From contig NC_058368.1 in the NCBI RefSeq assembly GCF_018350175.1, positions 132,310,001 to 132,374,000 on the forward strand: a stretch of 64,000 nt of DNA, in the 5' to 3' direction. The stretch comes from Felis catus (lineage: Eukaryota). This document shows, one piece after another, positions 1 to 13,729 of the stretch (positions within the stretch are counted from its first letter, which is position 1; each line of letters opens with the position of its first letter). The translations under genes and the position numbers were made by a program. The notes beneath the pieces were generated by a model. That model searched no databases. It was not told the origin of the DNA and worked only from the letters and a program-made list of their open reading frames with translations.

Positions 1-194
1 ATGCTAGAAATGAAAGCTTTTCAGGTAAAATATAATATTTCACAAGCTACAGGAAAATCCAAGTTATAAAAGTTCTTTGATTGTACATAAATAATAGTCC
101 ATAATACTGAGGGAAGGGATTAAGAATTAATCCCTTCTTGTTCACCAGATCAAAATGTATTTTCAAGAAACAAATATCACTTTTTTTTTTTTTT

Positions 195-1078
195 GAAGGA
201 AGATGGCAGCGTAGGAGGATGCTGGGCTCACCACGACCTGCTGATCACTTAGATTCCACCTACACCTGCCTAAATAACCCAGAAAACCAGGAGAAGACTA
301 GCAGAAAGGAGTCTCCGGAGCCAAGCATAGAAGAGAGGCCCACGGAAGAGGGTAGGATGGGTGGAGAAGCATTGCGTGCTACACGGACTGGCGGGAGGGA
401 GCCAGGGCAGAGGGGCAGCCCACCGGCCAAGCAGAGCCCCCGAGTCTGGCTGGCAAAAGCGGAGGGGCCAGACGGAGTGTGTTCGGACTCAAGGGGGACT
501 TAACATCTCGAAGGTTATAAGTTAACAGCTCTGCTTGGAGAGAGGGAGGGCTGGAGGACAATGGGAGGGAGAGTTGTTGAGCCCCGGACTACAGAGCGCA
601 GCTTGGCGGGGAACAAAGGCGCTTGCCAGCGCCATCTCCCTTGCCCATCTCCAAGCCAAAATCCCAAAGGGAACTTGCTTGCACCACGCAAACACCCAAG
701 GCTGTGCTTCTATGGGTCCATCCCTCCAAGGGCGGTTCTGACTCACTGCCGGAGCCGCAGGGCCCTGAAGGAAAAGTGAGCTGAGCCTGCCCCTCCTGCC
801 CCTATGCACCTTGCCGATCCACCCCATCTAATACAACAGATCCCCAGCACCACAAGCCTGGCAATGTGCAAGTAGCCCAGGCGGGCCACGCCACCACACA
901 GTGAATCCCGCCCCTAGGAGAGGGGAAGAGAAGACACACACCAGTCTGACAATGGCCCCAGCGGCGGGCTGGGGGCAGACATCAGGTCTGACTACGGCCA
1001 CGCCCACCAATGCAAGTTATTCAAGACAGCACAGGGGAAGTGCCCCACAGTCCCGCACCACTCCAGGGACTATCCAAA
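195..1078 (+). promoter_or_regulatory. L1 5'UTR internal Pol II promoter, CpG-rich, with YY1-like motif AAGATGGC near the 5' end
   Basis: GC-rich ~0.9-kb segment upstream of the ORF1 ATG; AAGATGGC at ~200-207 in the position typical for L1 YY1 sites. Confidence 0.7.
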
Positions 1079-1973
1079 ATGACGAAACAGAAGAATCCCC
1101 CTCAAAAAAACCTCCAGGAAATAACAACAGCTAACGAACTGATCAAAAATGATTTAAACAATATAAAAGAAAGTGAATTTAGAACTATAGTCATAAAATT
1201 AATCACTGGGCTTGAAAACAGTATTAAGGACAGTAGAGAATCTATTGCTACAGAGATCAAGGGACTAAGAAACAGCCAGGAGGAGCTAAAAAAATACTAT
1301 TAATGAGCTGCAAAATAAAATGGAGATGACCACAGCTCTGATTGAAGAGGCAGAGGAGAGAATAGGTGGACTAGAGGATAAAATTATGGAAAAAGAAGAA
1401 GCTGAGAAAAAGAGAGATAAAAAAATCCAGGAGTATGAGGGGAAAATTAGAGAACTAAGTGATGCACTAAAGAGAAATAATCTACGGATAATTGGTATCC
1501 CAGAGGAGGAAGAGAGAGGGAAAGGTGCTGAAGGGGTACTTGAAGAAATTATAGCTGAGAACTTCCCTGATCTGGGGAAGGAAGAAGGCATTGAAATACA
1601 AGAGGCACAGAGAACTCCCTTCAGATGCAACTTGAATCGATCTTCCTAACGACATATCATAGCAAAAGTGGCAAAATACAAGGATAAAGAGAAAAGTCTG
1701 AAAGCAGCTAGGGATAAACGTGCTCTAACATATAAAGGGAGACTGATAAGACTAGTGACGAATCTCTCTACTGAAACTTGGCAGGCCAGAAAGGAATGGC
1801 AGGAAATCTTCAATGTGATGAGCAGAAAAAATATGCAGCCGAGAATCCTCTATCCAGCAAATCTATCATTTAGAATAGAAGGAGAGATAAAGGTCTTCCC
1901 AAAAAAACAAAAACTGAAGGAATTCATCACCACTAAACCAGCCCTACAAGAGATCCTAAGGGGGATCCTGTGA
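1079..1973 (+). pseudogene. L1 ORF1p (RNA-binding chaperone), disrupted
   Basis: MTKQKNPPQK...coiled coil...KRNNLRIIGIPE...QPRILYPA...LKEFITTKPALQEIL, split over three ORFs by a frameshift at ~1290 and a TAA at 1647-1649. Confidence 0.95.
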
Positions 1974-2023
1974 GACAAAGTACCAGAGACATCGCTACAA
2001 GCATGAAAACTACACACATCACA

Positions 2024-5000
2024 ATGACTCTAAACCCATATCTTTCTATAATAACACTGAATGTAAATGGACTAAATGCGCCAACCAAAGACATAGGGTA
2101 TCAGAATGGATAAAAAAAAACAAGACCCATCTATTTGCTGTCTACAAGAGACTCATTTTAGACCTGAGGACACTTTCAGATTGAAAGTGAGGGGATGGAG
2201 AACTATTTATCATGCTACTGGAAGTTAAAAGAAATCTGGGGTAGCCATACTTATATCAGACAAACTAGACTTTAAATTTAAAGGCTGTAACAAGAGATGA
2301 AGAAGGGCATTATATAATAATTACAGGGTCTATCCATCAAGAAAAACTAACAATTATGAATGTGTATGCGCCGAATACGGGAGCCCCGAAATATATAAAA
2401 CAATTACTCACAAACATAAGCAACCTTATTGACAAGAATGTGGTAATTGCAGGGGACTTTAATACCCCGCTTACAACAACAGAGAGATCATCTAGACACA
2501 TGGTCAATAAAGAAACAAGGGCCCTGAATGATACATTGGATCAGATGGACTTGACAGATATACTTAGAACTCTGCATCCCAAAACAACAGAATATACTTT
2601 CTTCTTGAGTGCACATGGAACATTCTCCAAGATAGATCACATACTGGGTCACAAAACAGCCCTTCATAAGTATACAAGAATTGAGATTATACCATGCATA
2701 CTTTTGGACCACAATGCTATGAAGCTTGAAATCAACCACAGGAAAAAGTCTGGAAAACCTCCAAAAGCATGGAGGTTAAAGAACACCCTACTAAAGAATG
2801 AGTGGGTCAACCAGGCAATTAGAGAAGAAATTAAAAAATATATGGAAACAAACGAAAATGAAAATACAACAATCCAAACGCTTTGGGATGCAGTGAAGGC
2901 AGTTCTGAGAGGAAAATACATTGCAATCCAGGCCTATCTCAAGAAATAAGGAAAATCCCAAAAAGAAAATCTAACAGCACACCTAAAGGAAATAGAAGCA
3001 AAGCAGCAAAGACACCCCAAACCCAGCAGAAGAAGAGAAATAACAAAGATCAGAGAAGAAATAAACAATATAGAATCTAAAAAAAACTGTAGAGTAGATC
3101 AATGAAACCAAGAGTTGGTTTTTTGAAAAAATAAGCAAAATTAATAAACCTCTAGCCAGGCTTCTCAAAAAGAAAAGGGAGATGACCCTAATACATAAAA
3201 TCATGAATGAAAATGGAATTATTACAACCAATCCCTCAGAAATACAAACAATTATCAGGGAATACTATGAAAAATTATGTGCCAACTAACTGTACAACCT
3301 GGAAGAAATGGACAAATTCCTAAACCACCCACACACTTCCAAAACTCAAACTGGAGGAGATAGAAAGCTTGAACAGACCCATAACCAGTGAAGAAATTGA
3401 ATCAGTTACCAAAAATCTCCCAACAAATAAGAGTCCAGGACCAGATGGCTTCCCTGGGGAATTCTACCAGACATTTAAAGCAGAGATAATACCTATCCTT
3501 CTCAAGCTATTCCAAAAAATAGAAAGGGAAAGAAAACTTCCAGACTCATTCTATGAAGCCAGTATTACTTTGATTCCTAAACCAGACAGAGATCTAGTAA
3601 AAAAAGAGAACTACAGGCCAATATCCCTGATGAATATGGATGCAAAAATTCTCAATAAGATACAAGCAAATCGAATTCAATAGCATATAAAAAGAATTAT
3701 TCACCACGATCAAGTGGGATTCATTCCTGGGATGCAGGGCTGGTTCAACATTCGCAAATCAATCAACGTGATACATCACATTAATAAGAGAAGAGATAAG
3801 AACCATATGATCCTGTCAATCAATGCAGAAAAAGCATTTGACAAAATTCAGCATCCTTTTTTAATAAAAACCCTCGAGAAAGTTGGGATAGAAGGAACAT
3901 ACTTAAACATCATAAAAGCCATTTATGAAAGGCCCACAGCTAATATCATCCTCAATGGGGAAAAACTGAGAGCTTTCCCCCTGAGATCTGGAACACGACA
4001 GGGATGTCTACTCTCACCGCTGTTGTTTAACATAGTGTTGGAAGTGCTAGCATCAGCAATCAGACAACAAAAGGAAATCAAAGGCATCAAAATTGGCAAA
4101 GATGAAGTCAAGCTTTCACTTTTTGCAGTTCACATGATATTATACATGGAAAATCCGAGAGACTCCACCAAAAGTCTGCTAGAACTGATACATGAATTTA
4201 GCAAAGTTGCAGGATACAAAATCAAGGTACAGAAATCAGTTGCATTCTTATACACTAATAATGAAGCAACAGAAAGACAAATAAAGAAACTGATCCCATT
4301 CACAATTGCACCAAGAAGCATAAAATACCTAGGAATAAACCTAACCAAGATGTGAAAGATCTGTATGCTGAAAACTATAGAAAGCTTATGAAGGTAATCA
4401 AAGAAGATATAAAGAAATGGAAAAACATTCCGTGCTCATGGGTTGGAAGAATAAATATTGTTAAAATGTCAATACTACCCAAAGAAATCTACACATTCAT
4501 TGCAATCCCAATCAAAATTGCACCAGCATTCTTCTCGAAGCTAGAACAAGCAATCCTAAAACTCATACAGAACCACAAAAGGCCCCGAATAGCCAAAGTA
4601 ATTTTGAAGAAGACCAAAGCAGGAGGCATCACAATCCCAGACTTTAGCCTCTACTACAAAGCTGTAATCATCAAGACAGCATGGTATTGGCACAAAAACA
4701 GACACATAGACCAATGGAATAGAATAGAAACCCCAGAACTAGACCCACACAAGTATGGCCAATTAATCCTTGACAAAGCAGGAAAGAACATCCAATGGAA
4801 AAAAAGACAGTATCTTTAACAAATGGTGCTGGGAGAACTGGACAGCAACATGCAGAAGAATGAAACTAGATCACTTTCTTACACCATTCACAAAAATAAA
4901 CTCAAAATGGATAAAGGACCTGAATGTGAGACAGGAAACCATCAAAACCCTAGAGGAGAAAGCAGGAAAAAGCCTCTCTGACCTCAGCCGCAGCAATTTC

Positions 5001-5849
5001 TTACTTGACACATCCCCAAGGGCAAGGGAATTAAAAGCAAAAATGAACTATTGGGACCTCATGAAGATAAAAATCTTCTGCACAGCAAAGGAAACAATCA
5101 ACGAAACTAAAATGCAACCGATGGAATGGGAAAAGATATTTGCAAATGACATATCGGACAAAGGGCTAGTATTCAAAATCTATAAAGAGCTCACCAAACT
5201 CCACACCCGAAAAACAAATAACCCAGTGAAGAAATGGGCAGAAAACATGAATAGACACTTCTCTAAAGAAGACATCCGGATGGCCAACAGGCACATGAAA
5301 AGATGCTCAACGTCGCTCCTCATCAGGGAAATACAAATCAAAACCACACTCAGATATCACCTCACGCTAGTCAGAGTGGCCAAAATGAACAAATCAGGAG
5401 ACTATAGATGCTGGAGAGGATGTGAAGAAACAGGAACCTACTTGCACTGTTCGTGGGAACGCAAACTGTTGCAGCCGCTCTGGAAAGCAGTGTGGAGGTT
5501 CCTCAAAAAATTAAAAATAGACCTACCCTATGACCCAGCAGTAGCACTGCTAGGAATTTACCCAAGGGATACAGGAGTACTGATGCATAGGGGCACTTGC
5601 ACCCCAATGTTTATAGCAGCACTCTCAACAATAGCCAAATTATGGAAAGAGCCTAAATGTCCATCAACTGATGAATGGATAAAGAAACTGTGGTTTATAT
5701 AGACAATGGAGTACTACGTGGCAATGAGAAAGAATGAAATATGGCCCTTTGTAGCAACGTGGATGGAACTGGAGAGTGTGATGCTAAGTGAAATAAGCCA
5801 TACAGAGAAAGACAGATACCATATGTTTTCACTCTTATGTGGATCCTGA
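2024..5849 (+). pseudogene. L1 ORF2p (endonuclease / reverse transcriptase), disrupted
   Basis: Begins MTLNPYLSIITLNVNGLN; endonuclease motifs NVYAPN, GDFNTPL, SKIDH; RT motifs [26 protein letters not shown]-terminal Cys-rich region. Multiple stops and frameshifts (e.g. 2949, 3683, ~4352, ~4805, 5702). Confidence 0.97.
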
Positions 5850-7049
5850 GAAACTTAACAGAAACCCTTAGGGGAGGGGAAGGAAAAAAAAAGAGGTTAG
5901 AGTGGGAGAGAGCCAAAGCATAAGAGACTCTTAAAAACTGAGAACAAACTGAGGGTTGATGGGGTGGGAGGGAGGGGAGGGGAGGTGATGGGTATTGAAG
6001 AGGGCAACTTTTGGGATGAGCACTGGGTGTTGTATGGAAACCAATTTGACAACAAATTTCATATATTAAAAAAAAAAAGAAACAAATATCATAAATAGCA
6101 TTCCACCTTACCATTGAACTCATTAAAAACCCTGGAGATTCCGTTTGCCTATTTTTAGAATTTCAAACTCTTCATCTTGTATGCTTTACATTTGGGGAAG
6201 GGGATTTCTTCTCTAGCATAGCTTTCTCTTCTGATCATTCACATACTCATCCCTGCACCCCTTGTCTCGTAATTTGTAAACCATGGGATTGCAGTTATCT
6301 GTACGTTCTTGAATGTAAGATATAGAAAGGGTACTTGGTGTATTTACCAAAGCACCAGAAAGTATATTCTCTGTGTCACAATCTACCTCGTGATCATACT
6401 ATCCAATGCCTATAATGTTACGTACACATAACCCATCCCAGGAGTCTTCAAGAAAATGTTAACAAAGACTTTTCATAAGTAACGCAGATACAAATATCTA
6501 CAGGGAATCTATATCCAAATTCTCAACTTCCATATATTCCCTTTCCTAAAACTGACCTGCCTACAAATGCAAGCACCTGCAAGCAACCAGTTTTCCTTTC
6601 CTCTTTTTCCTTTCATAATTGCCCTGTTTCTATTTTACAAAAAAGAAAGCATACGTCTCACCCATCCCAAACATTGTTATGGTGCATTGCCTTCTGGCTA
6701 TAAAAGTCTCAAGAATATATGCAAAGAGATAATTCAAGAATGCATTCATCCTGGGGTCCATCCATTATGAATAAAGCAAGAAAATTAGAAGGGGATATAG
6801 TTTGAATTCAGAAGCGAGAGAGTTTGCATGGAATGTATTAACATGTTAATTTGATCTAAAAAATGAAGTCAGGTGTGTTATTGATTGATAACAAGTCTGA
6901 CTTAGCTAAGGAGTTTAGCAATGAGGGCTGATTTAGCCCATTCAACCATATGGTAAACATTTTTCATGATTCAGTGAAATAGACAATAGTTACCGTTAAC
7001 GTGTTTTTAACTATAATCTCTGCAGCTACTTAAAGTTATAATAAAAAGT

Positions 7050-7277
7050 ATTTTATTTTATTTTTATTTTTTAATGTTTATTTATTTATTTATTTTGAGA
7101 GAGAGACAGAGAGTGTGAGTGGGGGAAGGGCAGACAGAGGAAGAGAGAATCCCAAGCAGGCTCCTCACTGACAGGGTGGAGCCTGATGTGGGGCTAGAAC
7201 TAGTGAGCCGTGACATCATGATCTGAGCCGAAACCAAGAGTCGCACGCTTAACCGACAGAGCCACTGAGGTGACCCT
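7050..7277 (-). mobile_element. CAN-SINE
   Basis: Antisense T-rich tail, (GA)n tract and tRNA-derived head. Confidence 0.9.
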
Positions 7278-7759
7278 AGATAGTAACTTTGAAATTTGCA
7301 AAGTGGTATGTCATTTTTCCAAATTATTTTACGAGGCAAATTAAGCAAAATTTTTGAAGATCACAGACAAATATAATTTCTATTTCCAACTCATAGCAGT
7401 CCTTTCTCATCTCCTCTCATTGCTTTCATTTTGCATACACTTTTTATGTTACACTCATGATGAAAATTATTTCATTCTGTCATGACTGCCCAAAATGCCC
7501 ACACAAGGCTAAAGCCATCAACAAATAATGCAAGCTAAAGCATCTTAGAATAAGATCATTCTATTTGCATTTTCTTCAGCTTTTCCCAATCTTCTAACAT
7601 ACCTATAGAATTCTCTATATAGGAAAAAGACATGCCATTTCTTTGTAGCTTTTGCATTCACTTCATGCTGTATCCTTCTCTAGTCTATATTCACCAAGAA
7701 CAATTATGATCTACATATTTATTTTAATACCAAGTGCTGAAAAGCAACATTTTTACTTT

Positions 7760-8330
7760 CATTTTCTCATACATGGATTTGCTAAGGACCTATTTTGTGT
7801 CCAAGTATATTGCCACATAATGGGATCTAAATAAAGTTAGGTAGGTTAATTGTGGTCTATTTGGGAAATGACATATAAGCAGGTAAGTTACAACAATGTA
7901 GAAAGATGATTAAATAAAATAAGTGTAAAAAAAGTTAAACTTTCACTCAGTAGAGCCAATACTTGATAGCTGTTATAATGATGACTACTGCCATAGTCAA
8001 GTTATATATATAAATACTATGAAAATAGAGACGAAGGAGGAATTCCACAATAGAAAGCTAAAAAAAAAAAAAAAAAGATTCACATAGGACATAACATTTG
8101 AAACAGATTTTAAATATATAACCAGATAAAATAGAAAAATAAAGGCATTCCAGGCAGAGAACAGAATAATCAAAGGAACAGAATCTGGAAAGGGTATGGC
8201 ATATGCAGGAAACCATCAGAAGTTCAGAAAGGCTGAAGCATTGAATACATAGGATAAAACATCGAAAAATTAGTTTAGAGAGTTTCTGTTGGGGGGGGAC
8301 AGATTATTAAGTGCCTTGAATACCAAACCA
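7760..8330 (-). mobile_element. Degenerate LINE-2 fragment
   Basis: AGGCATTCCAGGCAGAGAACAG...CAAAGG segment resembles the antisense L2 3' region. Confidence 0.45.
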
Positions 8331-9183
8331 GTTTTTTCTCTATAGAAAAAAAAAATACTTAGAAAATAGTTGGCATAGTACAAAAAATATATTTATATAA
8401 GTGTGTTTACAGATAAAAATCTGGGAGGATAACAGTGGGTATATACAGAAGAGATGGGAGAGTGGGGAAATTATAAAGATTTTTACTCTGCTGTACACAT
8501 TTCTGTATAACCAACATTTAATCAGAAGGTGTTCCACCTATGGCTAATGACCAACACAAGAGATAACTGAAAAGAAGCTTTATGTATGTTAAATAAATGT
8601 TGAAAAAGATGTTTTTCAATGAAGAACAAATATTAGTAATGTTCCAGATTACGTACATTGGTCAAAATATTTCAGAAACACTCCCCCGATCTGCATGAAC
8701 ACATACAACAATGCAGCAAACTTTGCAGGCTGTACACTTAACGTAAAGCACCTGGTGTTTGTGTTGTGTGTCTAATCATTGCTTGAAAGATTATGGTGTC
8801 AGTAAGGGTAGTGGAATTCTGTCCCTAAAATGGGTTTATGTACCAAATGAGTGCATTTTTCATGGAAAAGGTTATAAGCGCACCTAAATACTGAGAGCTA
8901 GAATGTAATCAGGCTTATAAAACACGGAATAGGAACTATTTTGTAATTCCTTGTTTGTTTAATACATATTTGTATGCTTAGTGGCATTTGCTCTAAACTT
9001 CCCTTCATTATAACTGATAACAACACTTACTCAACAAACCATAAGAGTGTGCCTGACCATATTAAGTCCAGTTTGAAACAATAAAAACCCATGACTGATG
9101 GGAGGAAGAGGTGATATGGTAATAAGAAAAATAATTCATATGTGGCCATATCCACCATGATACATACTTTTAAAAGATTTCTC

Positions 9184-9394
9184 GGGGCACCTGGGTGGCG
9201 CAGTCGGTTAAGCGTCCGACTTCAGCCAGGTCACGATCTCCCGGTCCGTGAGTTTGAGCCCCGCGTCGGGCTCTGGGCTGATGGCTCAGAGCCTGGAGCC
9301 TGTTTCCGACTCTGTGTCTCCCTCTCTCTCTGCCCCTCCCCCGTTCATGCTCTGTCTCTCTCTGTCCCAAAAATAAATAAACGTTGAAAAAAAA
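9184..9394 (+). mobile_element. Young felid CAN-SINE (SINEC_Fc-like)
   Basis: GGGGCACCTGGGTGGCGCAGTCGGTTAAGCG head, CpGs retained, pure A tail, perfect TSD AAAAGATTTCTC (9172-9183 / 9395-9406). Confidence 0.97.
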
Positions 9395-11350
9395 AAAAGA
9401 TTTCTCTTCTTTAGGCTATTATTATAATTTAAGCAGAAGGAAGACTTCAGCCGTGGATTAAAAACATTACACAGTTTTAGCCACAAATTACATAATATAG
9501 TATCAAGTTGTATTTATACCAATATCAAGAATGTTAATCTAAAAGACCTAGTTTCTATTCAAAGTAAACTTCCTCAACTATATTGAATTTCCATTTCAAT
9601 GCAGAATTGATTGATATACCTTTCCATACCTTGATTGTATGTGCTTGCTCAACACTGTGTTACCTATACATAACAAAATGTTCAACATAAGTTCAAGGTA
9701 ATAATTTGAGACATTTAAAAGTTAAACATTGCATTTATTCAGTTACTTTCTTATTTTTATAAATGTACTATTCTACCTTTTACCTTTTAAAATTTCTTAT
9801 TCCACCCATTCTCTCATTACTATTTTCCCTTCTTTTTCATGTATAAATGTCTGAGTCTTTCCCATCCTACAAACTATTCTCTTTGCTGTCAGTCCCATAT
9901 TTCTACAGATGAAAAGAATCTTGGAAAGTTATCTAATTCAAGCTATATTATACTTGAACCCTGATTTGCCAAATTAGAACACGTATGAACCAGCTTATTT
10001 CAATCTTCTCAAATATTACCATTATCATCATTTTCAACATTATATTATGATAATTCTCATAAACTTCTCCCTGCACCCCCTTTTTTCTCCTGGATTTATC
10101 ATTTTTACCATGCATTGCATTAATTCTATATCCTATCAACTTCTCTGACATGCTATGGTTTTGCCTTATTTTCCTCCAAATTTGAGTCATGTCAGGAAAA
10201 ACTGCAAAGGAAAACAATGCAAGGAATCTTGCCTTATCACAAAGATGTAACTGGTGTGCTTTTTAAGGCATTTTGCTGCTGGACAAAGTGAAGAAATGAG
10301 AGGCTGAGGAAAAGAAAAGGAGTTTCCCATTCACTATTCTCAGCATCCTTTAAACAAATCAATCTTTACTAAATCTCAACCAACAAAGAAACAGCAGGAG
10401 GCCCTAAACTTAGGTCTTTGGTCTAAACTACAGGTGAGGCTAAGAATTACAGCGGGATCCTAAAAAGGGACAGAAAAGTTGAAATATGACTACAGAATGT
10501 TCTCTGGATTCTGAATTTGGATAGAATAACAACACCTCATCATTGTGGCACCTGTTTTGTTTCCTTTTCATAAAAGAATAATAAAGGTCTCAGGGCAGAT
10601 GAAAAAGCACTAAGAAACGTGATCTTAGGGAGTCTACGTAACACCAGGTACCTAAATCCTGCTCTAGGATGAGTAGATGAATGCATACATTGTCATTCCC
10701 TTACCCTATGTTCATAAGGGAGGACTTACTGAGCAAAATCAACACCAGAGAGGTTGGCTGAATATCTGTTACTCTAACACTGGTACACTTTTCTGCTGTG
10801 GATACTTTCAATTCTTTAATCTCCTAATTACTTTTGGCTAGGCAAGGCTATCAGAAGAAATTGACCAAAACATATGATTAAGTTCCACTTTAAGGCCTGT
10901 AAAATATAGCACTACCTCACAATGATGAAATACCTGGATGGGTTCTTAAAACTTTTTCCAAAAACTACATTCCATTCTTATGTAAGAGGAACACTCATTG
11001 CAAAGAAGCATTCCTTTCAATGATTTAGGTTTGAAAATGGAATGAATCAGAATCTAAACCCTGAGTCTCATTTGTTTAACACTGAATCATGGACTTATTT
11101 CCAATGAAAATGTCCTGTGTACTGTGTTGTTTCACTTCGTTCTCTTAGATATGGTGGTGAAAGTCAAGTGATAGTGACACAGCACTTGTCTGCTTTCTTT
11201 ACGTGCACTGAAGCACCAGCAATATAAAACTGACTGCAGTTACAAAGACAACTATAATAAAATAATGGAGAGAAAACATGATTTTAACCCAATATATGCA
11301 AGAATGTACTAACACTCTTGATGATAAATTAAAAAGATTCTAAGATCACT

Positions 11351-13604
11351 CGCCTTATTTTGGTCTGCTGTAACAGAATACCACAGACTAGATGGCTTAA
11401 ATGACAGACATTTATTTCTTACAGTTCTGGAGGCTGGAAAGTTCAAGATCAAGGTACCGGCAGGTTTGGTGTCCGGTGAGATCCCATTTCTTAGCTTGTA
11501 GACAGCAAGCTTCTCCTTGTGTGTTCACATGGTCTTTCATTGATGCTTACTCATGAAGAGAAAACAAAGCTCTGGTGTCTCTTACCCTTCTGATAAGGGA
11601 ACTAATTGCATCATGAGGGGCCCACCCTCATAATCTCATCTCAACCCAAAGACCTCCAAAGGGCCGCATCTCCATACTAACAAATTGAGGACTAAGACAT
11701 CAACACTGGAGTTTGGGGGGAGGGAAAACAAACATTCAGTTCATAACATCTCACCCCTGCCATGCCCTCCAAATTAATGTCCTTCTCAATAAAAAAATAC
11801 ATTCATTCCCTCAACACGCCCAAAGTCTTAACTCATTCCAATATTAACTCTAAAGTCCAGACTCTCATTTAAATATCATGTAAAGAAGATACAGGTGAGA
11901 CTCTAGGTACAATTCATCCTGAGGAAAAACTCCTTTTTAGCTATGAACCTGTGAAATCAGAAAAGCTATGTGTTGCCAGAACACAATGGTGAGATAGGCA
12001 TAGGATAGAGTTCCCATTCTAAAAAGGAGAAATCAGAAGAAAGAAAGAGGTAGTGTATCCCAAGTAGGTTTTCAAGTAGAGTCCCAAAACCTTCCATGGA
12101 ACATGCCAGTGGACTTAAGGCTTGAGAATAATATAGGCTTGGACTCTACTCTCTGGACACACTGGGGTGGGAAGCATCATCCATGTTTTCACATCCATGG
12201 CCCCACCCCTTTAGTTTAGCAGAGTGCTGTTCACAAGGCTCTCCCTGTAAGGGTCCTACTCACTCTGCTGTCTATGAAGGCCTTCTTATGCACCTCTTGC
12301 AGGGCAGTGCTTTCTTTCCTTTGAAACTAAGATGGAGGCAGTCTTGCCACCCAGGCCATGCACTCTGGGCTTGTGGTAGAAGTAGCAGCCCAGATGATCT
12401 CTGAATTGCCTTTGGGGTTCTTCTTCCCTTTTCTTGAAGGATAATGCATGTTCATAGGCTTCCTTTGTTCCCTCCTGTTTTCTTGGTTTCCTTTAGTCCC
12501 AGCTGTTAGTGTTTCTCCTGATATAAACTGATCTCTATCTATTGCTAGCTCTCTTGAGATGGATGATCACTCTGTAGTTCACAGCCACACTAACCTCCTT
12601 ATTGAATGGCCAGTCAGTCATACCTCAGTTTCTCTTCTGAACATGTTCCTCAATTGTTGCAATACAGACAGGCTGAGATTTTCCAAATATTTAGGTTCCA
12701 GTTCCTTTTTGTTTAGCAATTCCTTCTTCAACTCCTTTCCCTTCTTGCATTTTACTATAAGCAGTAAGGAGGAACTAACTTGATCCTTCATCATTCTGTT
12801 TAGAAATCTCCTTAGCTAAATACCCAATTTCATCACCCACAAGTTCCACCTTCCACGAAACACTAGGACATGAGCATAATTCAGCTAACTTCTTCACTAT
12901 CTGATAACAAGGATCACCTTTTCTCCATTATCCAATAACATATGCTCCATTTATGACCCAGATGTCACAAAAATGGCCTTTATCATCTACATTTCTACCA
13001 AAAACCTGTTCATAATAATTTGTGTGTTCTATTAAAAAATGGAAGCTTCCTTTACAACTCTCCTCATTTCCTCCTGAAGTCTCACCAGAATTGCCTTTAA
13101 ACGTCCCTTCATGGCAACCTTGGCTTCTTTTAGCCTGCACTCCAAAATTCTTTCAGCCTCTAATCACTATCCAGTTCTAAAGCTTTCACATTTTTAGGTA
13201 TTTGTTACAGCAGCATCCCACTTCTCAGTACTAACTGCAGAATTGCTCACCTTGGGCTGCTATAACAAAATACCATAGACCAGGTGACTTATACAACATT
13301 TATTTCTCATAGTTCTGGATGCTGGGAAGTCCAAGATCAAGATGCTGGCAGAAATGGTGTCTGTGAAAGCCTTCTTCCTAACTTCCACGCAGCCATCTTC
13401 CTGCTATAACCTCACCTGGTGGAGAGAGAGCTCTGGCCTTGTCCTTGTCTTATAAGCACAGTAGTCCCACTGCGGGGGCTCCACTCTCATCACCTTATCT
13501 AAATCTAATTATCTCCTAAAGATCTACCTCCTAATGATATCACATTGGGAGTTAAAGTTTCAACATATGAGTTTTAGGGGAACACAAATATTCAGCCCAT
13601 AACA
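11351..13604 (-). mobile_element. ERVL-MaLR provirus: MLT1A-like LTR (11351-11748) + internal region + LTR (~13245-13604)
   Basis: Two homologous direct repeats (CTGCTRTAACARAATACCAYAGAC...TTTATTTCT...AGTTCTGGA...CAAGATCAAG...ATTCAG...CATAACA) flank ~1.5 kb of MaLR-internal-like sequence. Near-matching 5-bp TSD TCACT / CCACT. Confidence 0.85.
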
Positions 13605-13612
13605 CCACTTTA

Positions 13613-13712
13613 TTTTTACTATTTTTTTAAGTAAGCCATATGCCCACTATAGGGCTTGAACTCATGACCCCAAGATCATGTTCTACCAACTGAGCCTGCC
13701 TGGCAACCCCCT
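13613..13712 (-). mobile_element. Short/old CAN-SINE
   Basis: GGGCTTGAACTCATGACCCCAAGATC...CTACCAACTGAGCC; TSD TAACACCACTTTA. Confidence 0.8.
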
Positions 13713-13729
13713 TAACACCACTTTACGTT

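Larger units (their letters stand above)
195..6076 (+). mobile_element. Full-length LINE-1 (felid L1), inactivated
   Basis: GC/CpG-rich 5'UTR starting GAAGGAAGATGGC, ORF1 and ORF2 homology, G-rich 3'UTR and A-tail. Perfect 15-bp TSD AAGAAACAAATATCA at 165-179 and 6077-6091. Confidence 0.97.

Noticed and set aside
138..1134. Several 60-120 aa ORFs on both strands in the L1 5'UTR (possible ORF0-like)
   Set aside because: GC-rich sequence gives open frames by chance; no recognisable homology, several lack an ATG start, and ORF0 is described for primate L1.
2356..5702. RT/endonuclease ORFs as a novel reverse-transcriptase system
   Set aside because: These are ordinary fragmented LINE-1 ORF2 within a TSD-flanked element.
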